Part shown: positions 47,868-62,446 of the stretch, piece after piece
Position numbering within the stretch: position 1 is the first letter of the stretch
Layout: the number at the start of each line of letters is the position of its first letter
Assembly: GCA_963711655.1 (NCBI GenBank)
Contig: CAVQEW010000001.1
Coordinates: forward strand, 53,176-117,175
Source: an uncultured Actinomycetota bacterium
Lineage (GTDB): Bacteria; Actinomycetota; UBA4738; HRBIN12
Reading direction: 5' to 3'
DNA: 64,000 bases
Made by a program: the position numbers and the translations under genes
The notes under the pieces: generated by a model
The model's database searches: none
Told to the model about the DNA's origin: nothing
What the model saw: only the letters and a program-made list of their open reading frames with translations

Positions 47868-48914
47868 TCAGGCGGACGGGAAGAGGCGCTCCGCGATCTG
47901 GATCCCGTTCAGCGCCGCACCTTTCCTGAGGTTGTCGCCGCACGCGAACAGGAGCAGGGCGTCGTCGTGTCCCGGAGCCTGCCTGATGCGGCCCACGAGG
48001 ACCTCGTCACGCCCGGCAGCCTCCAGCGGGGACGGGTACACGCCGTTCGCCGGGTCGTCCCGGAGATCGACTCCCGGCGCCCGTGCGAGCAGCTCCCGGG
48101 CTTCCTCGGGCGTGATCGCGCGCGAGAACCGGGCGAGCAGCGATACGGAGTGCCCCACCGGCACCGGCACGCGCACGCACGTGGCCGCGACGTCGAGGTC
48201 GGCGATGCCGAGGATCTTCCTCGACTCGTTGACCGTCTTGACCTCCTCGCCCGTGGAGCCGTCGGCGGCGAACGCGTCGATCTTGGGCAACACGTTGAAC
48301 GCCATCGTCTTGCCGAAGACGTCACCCGTCGGGAGGGCATCGATGTCCGGGCGGCCGAGCTCTTCCACCTGATCGCGGAGCTTCTCGATCTGTTCGGCGA
48401 GCTCCCGGGTTCCGTCTCGTCCCGCACCGGACACCGCCTGGTAGGAGGACAGGACGAGCGAGCGAAGTCCGGCCGCGCGGTGCAACGGCGCGAGCGCCAT
48501 CATCGCGACGATCGTCGTGCAGTTGGGGACCGCGATGATCCTCGGCGAACCCTCGAGCGCCTCCGGATTGACCTCCGGCACGACGAGCGGCACGTCCGGC
48601 TCCATCCGGAACGCGGAGGACTTGTCGATGCATACGGTCCCGGCCGCGGCCGCCTCGCGAACGAACCCCCGCGCGATCGACGCGCCGGCCGCGGAGAGCG
48701 AGAGATCGACGCCCCGCAGGGCGTCCAGCGACAGCTCCTGCACCGTGACCTCGCGATCGCCGAACCGGATCGTCCGCCCGGCCGATCTCGACGAAGCCAG
48801 CGGCACCAGCTCGTCCACCGGGAACGCGCGCTCATCCAGGATGCGCAGCATCTCGGTGCCGACCGCGCCGGTCGCGCCGACGACGGCAACCTTCAGCCTC
48901 TTTGGCAGACCCAT
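47868..48914 (-). CDS. asd: Aspartate-semialdehyde dehydrogenase
   Basis: 348 aa, intact. Motifs VAVVGATGAVG, IAVPNCTT and SYQAVSGAG. Confidence 0.9.
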   Translation of the reverse strand: MGLPKRLKVAVVGATGAVGTEMLRILDERAFPVDELVPLASSRSAGRTIRFGDREVTVQELSLDALRGVDLSLSAAGASIARGFVREAAAAGTVCIDKSSAFRMEPDVPLVVPEVNPEALEGSPRIIAVPNCTTIVAMMALAPLHRAAGLRSLVLSSYQAVSGAGRDGTRELAEQIEKLRDQVEELGRPDIDALPTGDVFGKTMAFNVLPKIDAFAADGSTGEEVKTVNESRKILGIADLDVAATCVRVPVPVGHSVSLLARFSRAITPEEARELLARAPGVDLRDDPANGVYPSPLEAAGRDEVLVGRIRQAPGHDDALLLFACGDNLRKGAALNGIQIAERLFPSA

Positions 48915-48918
48915 GCGC

Positions 48919-50149
48919 TCACCCTACCGTCGCCTCGTCCAGACCGAAGCGCGCGTGCACCACGCGGAGCGCCCGCTCGGCATCCGCCTTCCGCACGACG
49001 CACGAGATGCGGATCGGTGACGTCGAGATCATCTCGATGTTGATGCCTTCCGTCGCGAGCGCATCGAACATGTCGGCGGCGACCCCGGGCTGGCTCTTCA
49101 TGCCCGCGCCGACGAGCGAGACCTTGGCCACGCCGTCGTCGACCGACCAGTTCCTCGCGCCCACCTGCTGGGCGATCCCGCCGATCGTCGCTTCCAGGCT
49201 CGACACGTCGGCGATCGGGGCCGTGAACGAGAGGTCCGTCGCGCCCTCGTGCGAGACGTTCTGCACGATCATGTCCACGCTCACCCCGACGCTCGCGACC
49301 GCCTTGAACAGCTCGGCGGCGACGCCCGGCTTGTCGGGCACGCCGTCGAACGTGACTTTCGCCTCGTCGGTCTCGAGCGCGACCCCCGAGATCAAGACGT
49401 CTTCCATCTCGTCATCAACCTCCTGCACCCAGGTGCCCGGTGCTTCGTCGTCGAAAGAGGACCGGACGTGGAGCCGGAGGCCTCCCCGTCGGGCGAGCTC
49501 CACGGATCGCGACTGGAGCACCTTGGCCCCCGCCGCGGCGAGCTCGAGCATGTCGTCGTAGCCGATCCGTTCGATCACGCGCGCCTCGGGCACGACCCGC
49601 GGATCCGCGGTCATCACGCCTCCGACGTCCGTGTAGATCTCACAGACCTCGGCGCCGACGGCCGTCGCCATCGCGACGGCGGTGAGATCGGATCCACCTC
49701 GACCCAGGGTCGTGATCTCGTACGCGGACGACAGGCCCTGGAATCCCGCGATGATCACGACGTTGACCGGCCTGCAGCGCCTCGAGGATCCGCTTGGGAC
49801 GGATCTCGATGATCCTCGCCTGGCCATGTGCGGTGTCGGTGATGATGCCGGCCTGCGAGCCCGTGTAGCTGACGGCTCGGCAGCCGCGCTCGTTGATCGC
49901 GATCCCGAGGAGCGCCATCGCGATCCGCTCGCCCGCGGTGAGGAGCATGTCCATCTCGCGAGGGTCGGGGTAGGGCGCGATGTCCTTCGCCATCCGAGCG
50001 AGGTCGTCCGTCGTCTGCCCCATCGCCGAGACCACGACGATCACGTCGTTGCCCGCGTCCCGGGCGCGGACGACGCGGTCGGCCACGACGCGCAGCCGGT
50101 CGACGCCGTCGACGGAGGTGCCGCCGTATTTCTGCACGATGATGGGCAT
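48919..50149 (-). CDS. ask: Aspartate kinase with two ACT domains; one frame break near 49770
   Basis: [13 protein letters not shown]...VVVSAMG (ORF 49640..50149) joins [11 protein letters not shown]...[12 protein letters not shown] plus the ACT repeats (ORF 48919..49827). Confidence 0.85.
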
Positions 50150-50183
50150 GTCGAGCCGAGCGTAGCGGCTCGGAGGGGCCGGG

Positions 50184-52401
50184 TCAGTCGTCGAACGGGC
50201 CGCCGAGACCGAGAGCCTGCTTGAGGAACCGCACCTGCAGCAGCAGCAGGTTCTCGGCGACGGACTCCTGCGTCGTCATGTGCGTGACGCCCGACAGCGG
50301 GACGACGGAGTGGAGACGCCCCGCCTCGGTGAGCGCTCGCGAGAGCCGGAGCGTGTTCGCCACGTAGACGTTGTCGTCGGCGAGGCCGTGGATCAGGAGG
50401 AGCGGCCTCCGGAGGTTGGGCGCGTCGCCGATCAGCGAGTTCGTCCGATAGACCTCCGGCTCCTCCTGCGGGAGCCCGAGGTACCGCTCGGTGTAGGCCG
50501 TGTCGTAGAGGACCTGCTCCGCATCCGGCGCGCCGGCGACCGCAGCGTGGAAGACGTCCGGCCGGCGAAGGACCGCCAACGCCGCGAGGTAGCCGCCGAA
50601 GGACCATCCCCGGATGCCGACCTTCTCGAGGTCGAGGAACCCGAAGCGATCGGCGGCGGCGTGGAGAGCGTCGACCTGGTCCTCCAGCACCGGGCCGGCG
50701 AGATCACGGTAGACCGCGTGCTCCCAGGCGATCGCCACGCCCGGGCGTGCCACGGCCGTCGGCCACGAGCACCGCGAACCCCTGATCGGCGAGCCACTGG
50801 GATTCGAGGAGCGCCCGATGCACCTTGACCACCCGAGAGAAGTGGGGACCTCCGTACGGGTCGAGGAGCACCGGCAGCGGAGCATCGGGTTCCGCACCCT
50901 CGGGGGTGAACACCGACACACGGATGTCTCGGTCGCCGACGACCGCGAACGTGGGCCGTGCCTCGATGACCGGTGCTTCGGCGAGTGACCGGATCTCCGC
51001 GACCGGCTCGCCGGCGCGGAGCACGCGCACCCGTCGGAGCGACGGATCCAGCAGCTCGGAGACGATCACGGTGACGTCGCCCGCCCGTGCGGCAACATGC
51101 ACGCCGGGCTCGGTCGTGAGGCGTTCGGGCGGCTCCCCCACCTCGCCGCCCGGGCCGCGCCACACGTGCAGTTCCGTGGGATCCTCGTTCGCCGAGAAGA
51201 GGACGTCGTCCCCGACGTCGAGCACCGTGGCGACCTGGAGTCCCGGCGGGGTCGCGGGTTCGCCGTCGAGGGTGATGCGGCGCGTGTCCTCCGACTCGTC
51301 GACGAACACGAGCCGACCGTCGCGAAGTCGATCCGGCACCCCGGTGACGACGGTGTGCCAGTGCTCGGCGGTGTCCTCGAAGATGGTCTGCGTCTTCCCG
51401 GACCCGGGATCCGCCTCGAGCACGAGCCAGCGCTTCTGATCGCGTGACAGCACGAGCAGGGTGAGCGGGCACCGGTCGTTCCACGTCACGTTGATCAGGT
51501 AGGGGTACGCCTCGCGATCCCAGTCGACGTCCACCCGCGACCCGTCCAGCCCGAGCACCGAGAGCGACACGTCCGCGTTGTCCGTCCCCGCCTGCGGATA
51601 CCGAACGGCACGCGGAGGCGAGTCGGGATCGACCGGCGACGAGATGTACCAGGTCAGGACCGAGCGCTCGTCGATGCGAGCAGTCACGATCCGCTCACCG
51701 TCGGGCGACCACCAGTACCCGCGATACCGCTCCAGCTCCTCGGAGGCGACGAACTCCGCGACGCCCCACTGGATGTCGGGATCGTCGTCGTGCGCGAGGA
51801 CGCGGCCCGATCCGCCGGCCGCGCCTTCCGGCGAGAGATCCTGCACGTGGAGTGCGCCGTCGGCGACGTACGCCACGCGGCGGCCGGTCGGGTCGAGCCT
51901 CGCATCGAAGGCACCCTCGACGGATCCGTCCAGCGACCGAGCACCGCCCCCGACGAGATCCGCCACGTGGACACGCCCACCCACGACGAACGTCGCGAGC
52001 GTGAGGCCCGGGTCGGCGTCGTAGGTCGTGACACCGGTGAGCTGCTCGCGCATGCGCTCGCGCCGGTCACGCTCCTCCTGCGTGAGCTGTTCCTCACCGG
52101 CGGCCGCCGGATCGAAGATCACACGCTCCTCGCCCGAGGCGACATCCAGGACCCAGAGGCAGCCCTCGGGATCGTCGCCCGCTCGCGAACGGATGAACGC
52201 GACGCGTGAGCCGTCCTCGGCGATACGGAAGCTCCGAGGCGCGCCGAGCGTGAACCTTCGCGTCCGTGCCGTCTGCCTCGGGAACGAGTCCCCTGCCAAT
52301 GCCGTCAACCCCCCTGTCACAGCTTCGAGATCCGAGGCATGGTACGAGCAGGAACCCCCATCGGGGCCCCGATCCGGAGGAAGGCCAAGCATCGGAAGCA
52401 C
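50184..52401 (-). CDS. S9-family serine peptidase (DPP IV/prolyl oligopeptidase type); one frame break near 50745
   Basis: The beta-propeller N-terminus is in ORF 50704..52401. The catalytic domain is in ORF 50184..50921 (nucleophile GIRGWSFGGY, plus LLIHGLADDNV). Start at GTG 52401 or ATG 52392. Confidence 0.8.
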
Positions 52402-52402
52402 C

Positions 52403-52990
52403 TTGGTGGATCAGCGCAGCGACAGCGAGCTCCTCACGGTGTCCGCGACCGAGCCGGGCGCGTTCACCGAGCTGTACCGGCGTCACGCGGAGGACCTCCT
52501 CCGCTACTTCGCCCGGCGAACCCTCGATCCGGAGGCCGCCGCGGAGCTCACGGCGGAGACGTTCGCGCAGGCCTTCGCTTCGAGGACGAGCTATCGAGAC
52601 ACGGGAGCGAACGGCGTGGCATGGATCTACGGGGTCGCGAGGCACCAGCTCGGCCGGTTCTTCCGGGCGGGCAAGGTGGACCGCGCCGCCCGTCGGCGCC
52701 TGGGCATGCCCGAGCGTGAGCTCCCCCCGGCCGACTACGAGCGGATCGAGGACCTGGTGGATTTCGCACCGATCCGAGGCGCGATCACGGAAGCGCTCGA
52801 GTCACTCCGCGAGGAGCACCGCGAGGCGCTGAAGTATCGGGTGATCGAACAGCTCTCGTACCCCGAGGTCGCCCGTCGCCTCTCGTGCACCGAGGACAAC
52901 GCCCGGCAGCGGGTGAGCCGCGGCCTCAGACGTCTCGCGCTCGTGTTGCAGGAACGCGGGTTACAGCCCGCGGTGGAGAAGGAGCCATGA
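52403..52990 (+). CDS. ECF-type RNA polymerase sigma factor
   Basis: Motifs FTELYRRHAEDLLRYFARR and EHREALKYRVIEQLSYPEVARRLSCTEDNARQRVSRGLRRL. TTG 52403 or GTG 52406. The stop overlaps the next gene (ATGA). Confidence 0.75.
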   Translation: MVDQRSDSELLTVSATEPGAFTELYRRHAEDLLRYFARRTLDPEAAAELTAETFAQAFASRTSYRDTGANGVAWIYGVARHQLGRFFRAGKVDRAARRRLGMPERELPPADYERIEDLVDFAPIRGAITEALESLREEHREALKYRVIEQLSYPEVARRLSCTEDNARQRVSRGLRRLALVLQERGLQPAVEKEP

Positions 52991-54030
52991 ACACGGACAT
53001 CGAATACCTCCGGCAGCTCGAGACCGACCTGAAGGACGCAGCTGTCGCCGAGGCATCCCGCTCGCGAGTATCGGCGGCGACGCCGGCTCGGGGTCGAACA
53101 GGACAGATGTGGATGAAGGTCGCAGGCGTCGCCGCGGCCTTCCTGGTGGTCGCCGCTGGGATCGGCTTCGTCGCGAGCGGCGGCGCCAACGACGGCAGTC
53201 CGGCTTCGTTCCAGGAGGTCGGCGATGCAGTCGCGGGGGATGGAGACGATTCGGGCGGCGTGGCGCCGGGCGGCGAGGAGCCGGCCGCTCCTCAGCCATC
53301 GGCGACTTCCGTCCCGGATGTAGGCAGCGGCCCGGTCACGGGTGGACAACGCGGACCGCAGGACCTCTCGAAGATCATCCGGGACGGGCGGATCGGCGTC
53401 GTCGTCCAGGACGGGAGCTTCGGCGATGCCGTCGGCGACCTCACGTTCATCGCCGAGCAGCACGGAGGCTTCATCCTGTCCTCGTCGACACAGAACGAGC
53501 GCTCCGGCACGTTCGTCCTGCGGATCCCCGCGAGGCGCTTCGACAACGCGGTCGGCGACGTCCGGCGGCTCGGCATCGTTCGCTTCCAGGAGATCAAGGG
53601 GGACGACGTCACCGCCGAGTTCATCGACAGTCAGGCTCGCCTGCGGATCCTCCTCGCGCGGAAGGCCCTGCTGTTCGGCCTGTTCCAGGAAGCCGACACG
53701 ACCGACGAGATCCTCCGCCTCGCGAGTCAGCTCGACGACGTCCAGCTCCGTATCGAACAGCTGCAGGGCCAGCTCCGGTTCCTCAACGACCAGGTCGCCG
53801 AATCCACGCTTCGCGTCTCGATCCAGGAACGGAACGCTCCGGAGGCCCGCACGGAGACCGAGGTGGACAACCCGGATCTGGGCTCGTCCTTCGATCTGGC
53901 CGTGCAAGGGTTCCTGCGGATCGTGGGCGCCGTGATCGTGGGGCTCGGCTACCTCATCCCGCTCACCGTGCTCGGAGCACTCGTCGCGATGGCTGTCTGG
54001 TTCGCCCGGCGCCGGCGCGGCGCCGCGTGA
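52987..54030 (+). CDS. DUF4349 domain protein (possible anti-sigma partner), membrane-anchored
   Basis: TM helix after about 45 aa, then IIRDGRIGVVVQDGSFGDAV...FVLRIPARRFDNAV...DVTAEFIDSQARLRIL...QLRFLNDQVAESTLRVSIQE, then C-terminal TM helices. Confidence 0.65.
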   Translation: MNTDIEYLRQLETDLKDAAVAEASRSRVSAATPARGRTGQMWMKVAGVAAAFLVVAAGIGFVASGGANDGSPASFQEVGDAVAGDGDDSGGVAPGGEEPAAPQPSATSVPDVGSGPVTGGQRGPQDLSKIIRDGRIGVVVQDGSFGDAVGDLTFIAEQHGGFILSSSTQNERSGTFVLRIPARRFDNAVGDVRRLGIVRFQEIKGDDVTAEFIDSQARLRILLARKALLFGLFQEADTTDEILRLASQLDDVQLRIEQLQGQLRFLNDQVAESTLRVSIQERNAPEARTETEVDNPDLGSSFDLAVQGFLRIVGAVIVGLGYLIPLTVLGALVAMAVWFARRRRGAA

Positions 54031-54034
54031 CCGG

Positions 54035-54628
54035 CTAGATCTCCCGACGTCCTTCGAGCGCCTGCGAGAGCGTGACCTCGTCCGCGTATTCGAGGTCGCC
54101 GCCGACCGGCAGGCCACTCGCGAGCCGCGTAACCCGGATGCCGGCCGGCTTCAACAGCGCGGCCACGTACATCGCGGTGGCGTTCCCCTCGAGGTTCGGG
54201 TTCGTCGCCAGGATCACCTCGGTGACGTGATCGCGCTCGACGCGATCGAGCAGCTCCTGCACCCGGAGATCGTCCGGCCCGATGCCGTCCAGCGGGCTGA
54301 TGGCTCCCCCGAGGATGTGGTAGCGGCCCTTGTGCAGGGCCGCCTTCTCGATCGTGGCGGCGTCCTTCGGCTCCTCCACGACGCAGAGCAGCGTGCGATC
54401 CCGCGACTCGTCCCGGCAGACCCGGCAGAGGTCGCCCTCGGCGACGTTGCCGCACTCGCGGCAGAACGCGATGCGATCCTTCGCCTGCACGATGGCGGCC
54501 GCCAGGCGTTTCGCATCCTCCGGCGTCGCCTTCACGAGCCAGAACGCGAGGCGCTGCGCGGACTTCGGTCCCACACCGGGCAGGCGCGCCAGCTCATCGA
54601 TCAGCTCCTGGATCGGGCCCTCGTACAC
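54035..54628 (-). CDS. recR: Recombination protein RecR
   Basis: 197 aa, intact. Motifs [14 protein letters not shown], the zinc finger [16 protein letters not shown], and the Toprim motif [12 protein letters not shown]. Confidence 0.9.
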   Translation of the reverse strand: MYEGPIQELIDELARLPGVGPKSAQRLAFWLVKATPEDAKRLAAAIVQAKDRIAFCRECGNVAEGDLCRVCRDESRDRTLLCVVEEPKDAATIEKAALHKGRYHILGGAISPLDGIGPDDLRVQELLDRVERDHVTEVILATNPNLEGNATAMYVAALLKPAGIRVTRLASGLPVGGDLEYADEVTLSQALEGRREI

Positions 54629-54630
54629 GA

Positions 54631-56440
<1,810 letters not shown>

Positions 56441-56543
56441 CTCTCCCCGCTCCTTGGCCGCTCCCTGGCCATCCCTCGGCGTCATACATAGGTGTGACCG
56501 TGCACCCACCGTCGACACCGAGGGACTCGGCCGCTACCCGACG

Positions 56544-56663
56544 ACGGAGCTCCAGCCGGGCTCACCCACGGCACCCGCCGGTTCACGCTTAGGGCTGCTT
56601 CCTTCCGGACCTGACCCGGTTCGCGTTCCGGCGTCGCGTGGGACCCGACCTTCGACGCTCCGT
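56544..56663 (-). ncRNA. ffs: Signal recognition particle RNA (small bacterial type)
   Basis: The minus strand reads ...GGGUCAGGUCCGGAAGGAAGCAGCCC... (plus-strand coordinates 56592-56617), the conserved domain IV motif. Long flanking pairing: ACGGAGC.../...GCUCCGU, GGUCGGG/CCCGGCU, CCCACG/CGUGGG. It has the classic position upstream of dnaX. Ends are approximate. Confidence 0.8.
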
Positions 56664-56806
56664 GCCGGGGCGCTCCGGACCCCCCGGGCCTCGGGCGGGG
56701 ATTCAGCCCCGCTGAAGCGGATCGCGGGTACAGGGCACCGCTAGCTCCCCGCCTAGCACGGTCACACGCGGCGAGTATACGAGGGGCCTCCGACGTGCCC
56801 GACGGC

Positions 56807-57278
56807 TCACGCCGGGCCGTCGACGTTCACGACCGGTTCGCCCTCTCCCGCACGGACGACCACGATCGCGGCGTCCTCGTCCGAGGGATTCCCTTCGCGA
56901 TGAACCGCACCCTTGCCCACGAACACGAAGTCGCCGGGTCCGGCGTCGAAGGACTCCTCGCCGCCCGGACCGAACTCCATCCGGAGGGATCCGGTGAGGA
57001 TGTAGATCGAGCTCTCGTAGTCGCCGTGATGGTGCCAGCCCGAGATCATCCCGGCGTCCGTTGGGACGAAGCCGGCCCACATCCCCTCGGTCTGGACAGC
57101 CTGCTCCCGCGTCATGCCCGGCGTGACCCGATCCTTCGTTCTCGAAGCGCCGCAGCGGCAGCGCGAGGCTGTCCGCAGGATGGCGCGCGAGAAGCGAATC
57201 GAGCGACACCGCCGCGGCGGCCGACCCGAGCGTTGCGGCGGCGCCGACACTCCACAGAATTCCGACGCGAAGTTTCAT
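56807..57278 (-). CDS. Cupin-domain protein, possibly with N-terminal signal peptide (one frame break near 57140 if so)
   Basis: The cupin core GMISGWHHHGDYESSIYILTGSLRMEFG...GDFVFVGKGAVHREGN lies in ORF 56807..57250 (internal ATG at 57115). The upstream frame 56703..57317 gives MKLRVGILWSVGAAATLGSAAAAVS starting at ATG 57278. Confidence 0.6.
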
Positions 57279-57348
57279 GGATCGTGGAGCATACGGTGAC
57301 GGCACCGGCGCCACCAACTGGAAGCCCCGGGCGACGGCGCGCAGGCGA

Positions 57349-60078
57349 TCACAAGCTCTTTCGGACCCTCAGCAGAACGAGGCGGCCGAGCTCGGGCGCG
57401 CCCACGAACTCGCGGTGACGATCGTCGAGGAGATTCGTGGCCGCGAGCGAGATCTGGGTGGAGCGCGAGAACGGAAGCGCGTAGGTGACGTTGGCATCCA
57501 CGAGCCCGTAGGCCTCGACCTCGCCAATGTAGGACCCCGAGTTCACCGGGAACGCGTCGACATAGCGTCCGCGGATCTCGGCCGACAGTCCCGTCCGATC
57601 GTTGCGGTAGTTCGCGGACAAGCTGCCCTTGTGCTTCGGCGCGTTCAGGGCGAGATCGGCGATGCCTCCCAGACTGCGGAAGAAGTTGGGTTCACGAACG
57701 AGTAGGTTCCGGTGAAGCTCAGCTGATCCGACACGATGACCGTGGCGCCGAAGTCCACGCCCCACAGGTGCACCTCGTCCGAAGTTCCGGCCCGTGAGAA
57801 AGATGTCGTACGGATCCCCGACGGTGTTGGATCGGGCGTGACCGTCGCGAGCGGAATCCCGGTCGCCGCGGAGCTGCCATCGATGCCGGCGATCGCGGCC
57901 GCGAGCTGCGCCGCCTGTCCGGCGACATGTAATTCGCGAGGTACGCGGCGAGCGGCGCGCGATCGAGGAACACGCTCGGGGTCGCCACCAGCGATCGGCG
58001 AGAGGAAGTTCTCGATGCGGGAGTAGTAGACGTCGATTCCCACGCTCGTGCGGTTCGCCAGGAATCCTTTGTAGCCGAACTCCACGCTGTTCGTGATCTG
58101 GGGCTTGAGCGGATCGACGTCGGCGACGTCCTGAACCCGGTGAAGGCGCGCGTGGTCGGATTCAGGCTCCGCATACACGCTCCCGACTTGCGCCGCGTTC
58201 GGCGGGGAACCCCGCTGATGTCGATGCCGCGTGACTGGAGGATCTGGACCACGACGGCCAGAACACCGTCACATCGAGCGGCAGCTGTTGCGCCGGTCCG
58301 CCGAGCCCGGCTGGCGTGAACGGCGAGCGCATCAGCGGCCGCCCGCGTCCCGTCGCGGCCGAAATGGAAGCCGCTCCTCGGGGACGCCGGTGACCCGCAC
58401 GTCGAAGGGCAGCCCACCGAAGTCCTGCGCCGACCTGAGGTCGAGGAACAGGCTGTTGCTCGAGGGCTGGTTGAACGCGCGGTTGTAGGTCAGTCGCAGG
58501 TTGTGGCCGTCCGCGGCCTTGACGACGAAACCCGCGCGCGGCGAGAACACTCTTCTTGTCGATGCGACTGTGATGGTCGAGTCGTGCCGCGGCGACGAAG
58601 TCGAGCCCGGGCGTGAGCCGGCGTCTCCGACTGGAGGTATCCGCCGATCTCGGTGATCTCGTCGTCGTCCTCGTTGCGGCCCGTGATCGTACCCTCGGTG
58701 CGCGGCACGGTGTCGGATCAGGTCGGCGCCATAGACGAGCCGCAGGCGCTCCCCGAACCGGCTGTCGTGCTGGGCCTGGCCGACCCACAGGACCGAGTTG
58801 TCGCGGAGCCGGCCGCCGTTGCGGAGCGTGTAGGACTCGCCCGCGCTGCTGAAGTTGACGTAGGACTGCGCGAACAGCCGCCGCGTGACGCAGCCGCGCC
58901 TGGGCGTAGCTCGAGCGCCAGTCACGTCCCTGCGCCGCCCCGATCCCGGTCAGCTCGATGCTGCTGCCGAGCTGGCTGAAGCCTCCGGAGAGGACGAGCT
59001 GGTCTGGTCGGCGAGCTGACAGTCGACACGTCCGTCCCCATTGAAACGCTCGGCGTCGAAGTCGCGCGCCGCGATCCGGAGCGTATCCGGGTTGGCGCCG
59101 CGACCGATCGCGACCGCGCGCAACGAGTCCTCGACCGGATCCCGGAAACACCCAATCCCGGCCGCGCATGTAGTTCCCGGAGATCTTGTAGCCGAAGCGC
59201 TCGCCGACTCGGGCGGCGTGCCGTCCACTGATCTGGGCGACGTCGCGCTCCCCGGCGATGCCGGTGATCGTCGGTCCCCGGGTGTTCGAGCGGCGATTGC
59301 GTGAGGATGTGCATCACGCCCTGGCTCACGTTGGGGCCGTAAAGCGCGGAGCCCGGCCCGAGCACCAGCTCGATCCGGTCGATGTCCTCGTCGGCGGTGG
59401 GGATCAGGTTGTAGGCGTTGAACGCGCAGCGAAGGGACCGAGGCCCACCGGTTGTCGGTGAGCACCAGCAGCCCGCCCGAGAACACGTTGTTGAACCCGC
59501 GAGCGACGACCGTGCTCTGCGTCAGGCCGCTGCTCGCGACGTCGACGCCCGGCACGTCGCGGACGTGATCGACCGCGGTGGTGGCGGGACGCGCCTCGAT
59601 TCTCGCGTGATCGACGACCCAGGTCGACGCCGGAGCCTTGAGAGCCTTCTCCTCGACCCGCGAAGGCGTGACCACGACCGGGTTCATCCGAAACGCCCGG
59701 GACACGAGAGCCACGGTGCCCACGTCGGTCGGCTCGGCTACCCACCGCGATCCCGTCGATTCGCCGGATCTCGTAGCCGAAGCGCGAGAACACCAGCGAG
59801 TAGCTCCCCGGCGGCGCGCGCGGTGATCTGGTATCGCCCCTCGGCATCGCTGGTCGCCGAGGCGACCCGCTCGACGGCCGCTGGTGATCAGCTCGACCTG
59901 GACGTCGGCGAGCGGCTGGCTCGTCTCAGCGTCCGGGCACGATCCCCGTCACGACTCCTCCCTGTGCGGAGGCGTCGCGTGGGGCGAACAGCGCGACCAG
60001 CGCAAAGGTCAACAGGACGACGAGGGTGCGGTGCGTGGGGCGGCGCGGAACGAGGCGGGCAAGGCGGGCGGCCTTCAT
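57349..60078 (-). pseudogene. TonB-dependent outer-membrane receptor with CarboxypepD_reg-like N-terminal domain; heavily fragmented (at least 8 frame breaks)
   Basis: Signal sequence MKAARLARLVP...ALFAPRDASAQGGVVTGIV (ATG 60078). GRYQI / SYSLVFSRFGYE is in ORF 59404..59847. The plug domain (VVVTPSRVEEKALKAPASTWVVDHARIEARPATTAVDHVRDVPGVDV...GLTQSTVVARGFNN) is in 58950..59723. Barrel pieces are in 58332..58925 and 57645..58178. The C-terminus (DANVTYALPF...LAATNLLDDRHREFVGAPELGRLVLLRVRKSL) is in 57349..57765. Confidence 0.7.
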
Positions 60079-60173
60079 GCTATCCCCCTGGGAACGAGGA
60101 CCGGATCGGAACTCCGTTCGCGACGTTGGGCATGATACAACCACCCGGACCCACTTAGGTGGATGATGCACGA

Positions 60174-60201
60174 ACGGCCGGGGGAGCATGCCCCCGGCCG
60201 T
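60174..60201 (-). terminator. 11-bp GC-rich hairpin 20 nt downstream of rpsA
   Basis: ACGGCCGGGGG-agcatg-CCCCCGGCCGT, read directly. Confidence 0.55.
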
Positions 60202-60220
60202 CGCGTGATCACTCTGGCGG

Positions 60221-62032
<1,812 letters not shown>

Positions 62033-62074
62033 GATCGGGCTGCCTCCTCGGAACATGGAATAGGGGCGCGGCGA

Positions 62075-62446
62075 TCAGGCCGCGCCGCGTGAAGCCGATT
62101 CTCGTTGTTCGTTCCTGAGGTCGCGATCTCGCGCATCACCGCATCGCCCGACCCGCTGGTACAGCGCCCGGCCCGGCTGAGGTCGCCGTCCGCCCGCCAA
62201 TTCCCGCCAGTGCCGCGCCGGGCCGAACGAGATGCGCACCGCGCGCCGCGGTACCACCACTTGCCCGGCCGGTTGCTGCCGGAGATGTAGCACGGCACGA
62301 TCGGGACGTCGGCGTTGCACCGCCATCATTCCCACTCCGGGCCGTGCCGGATGCAACTCCCCGTCATGCATCCGGCTCCCCTCGGGGAACATCAGCAGCG
62401 CGCCCGCGGCCTTGAGTACTTCGACGGCGCGCGCAATGCCGCTCAA
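62075..62446 (-). pseudogene. C-terminal fragment of a PlsC-type acyltransferase (N-terminal HX4D half missing), frame-broken
   Basis: [42 protein letters not shown] (frame of 62075..63007), then [22 protein letters not shown] (frame of 61390..62298), then [15 protein letters not shown]. It begins abruptly where the aroC reading ends. Confidence 0.6.

Noticed and set aside
56694-56753. An 8-bp closing helix, considered as the acceptor stem of tRNA-Sec (selC).
   Set aside because: The element is only 60 nt long. It has no D, anticodon or T-arm layout, no UCA anticodon loop and no long variable arm. It is kept only as an unexplained structured element.
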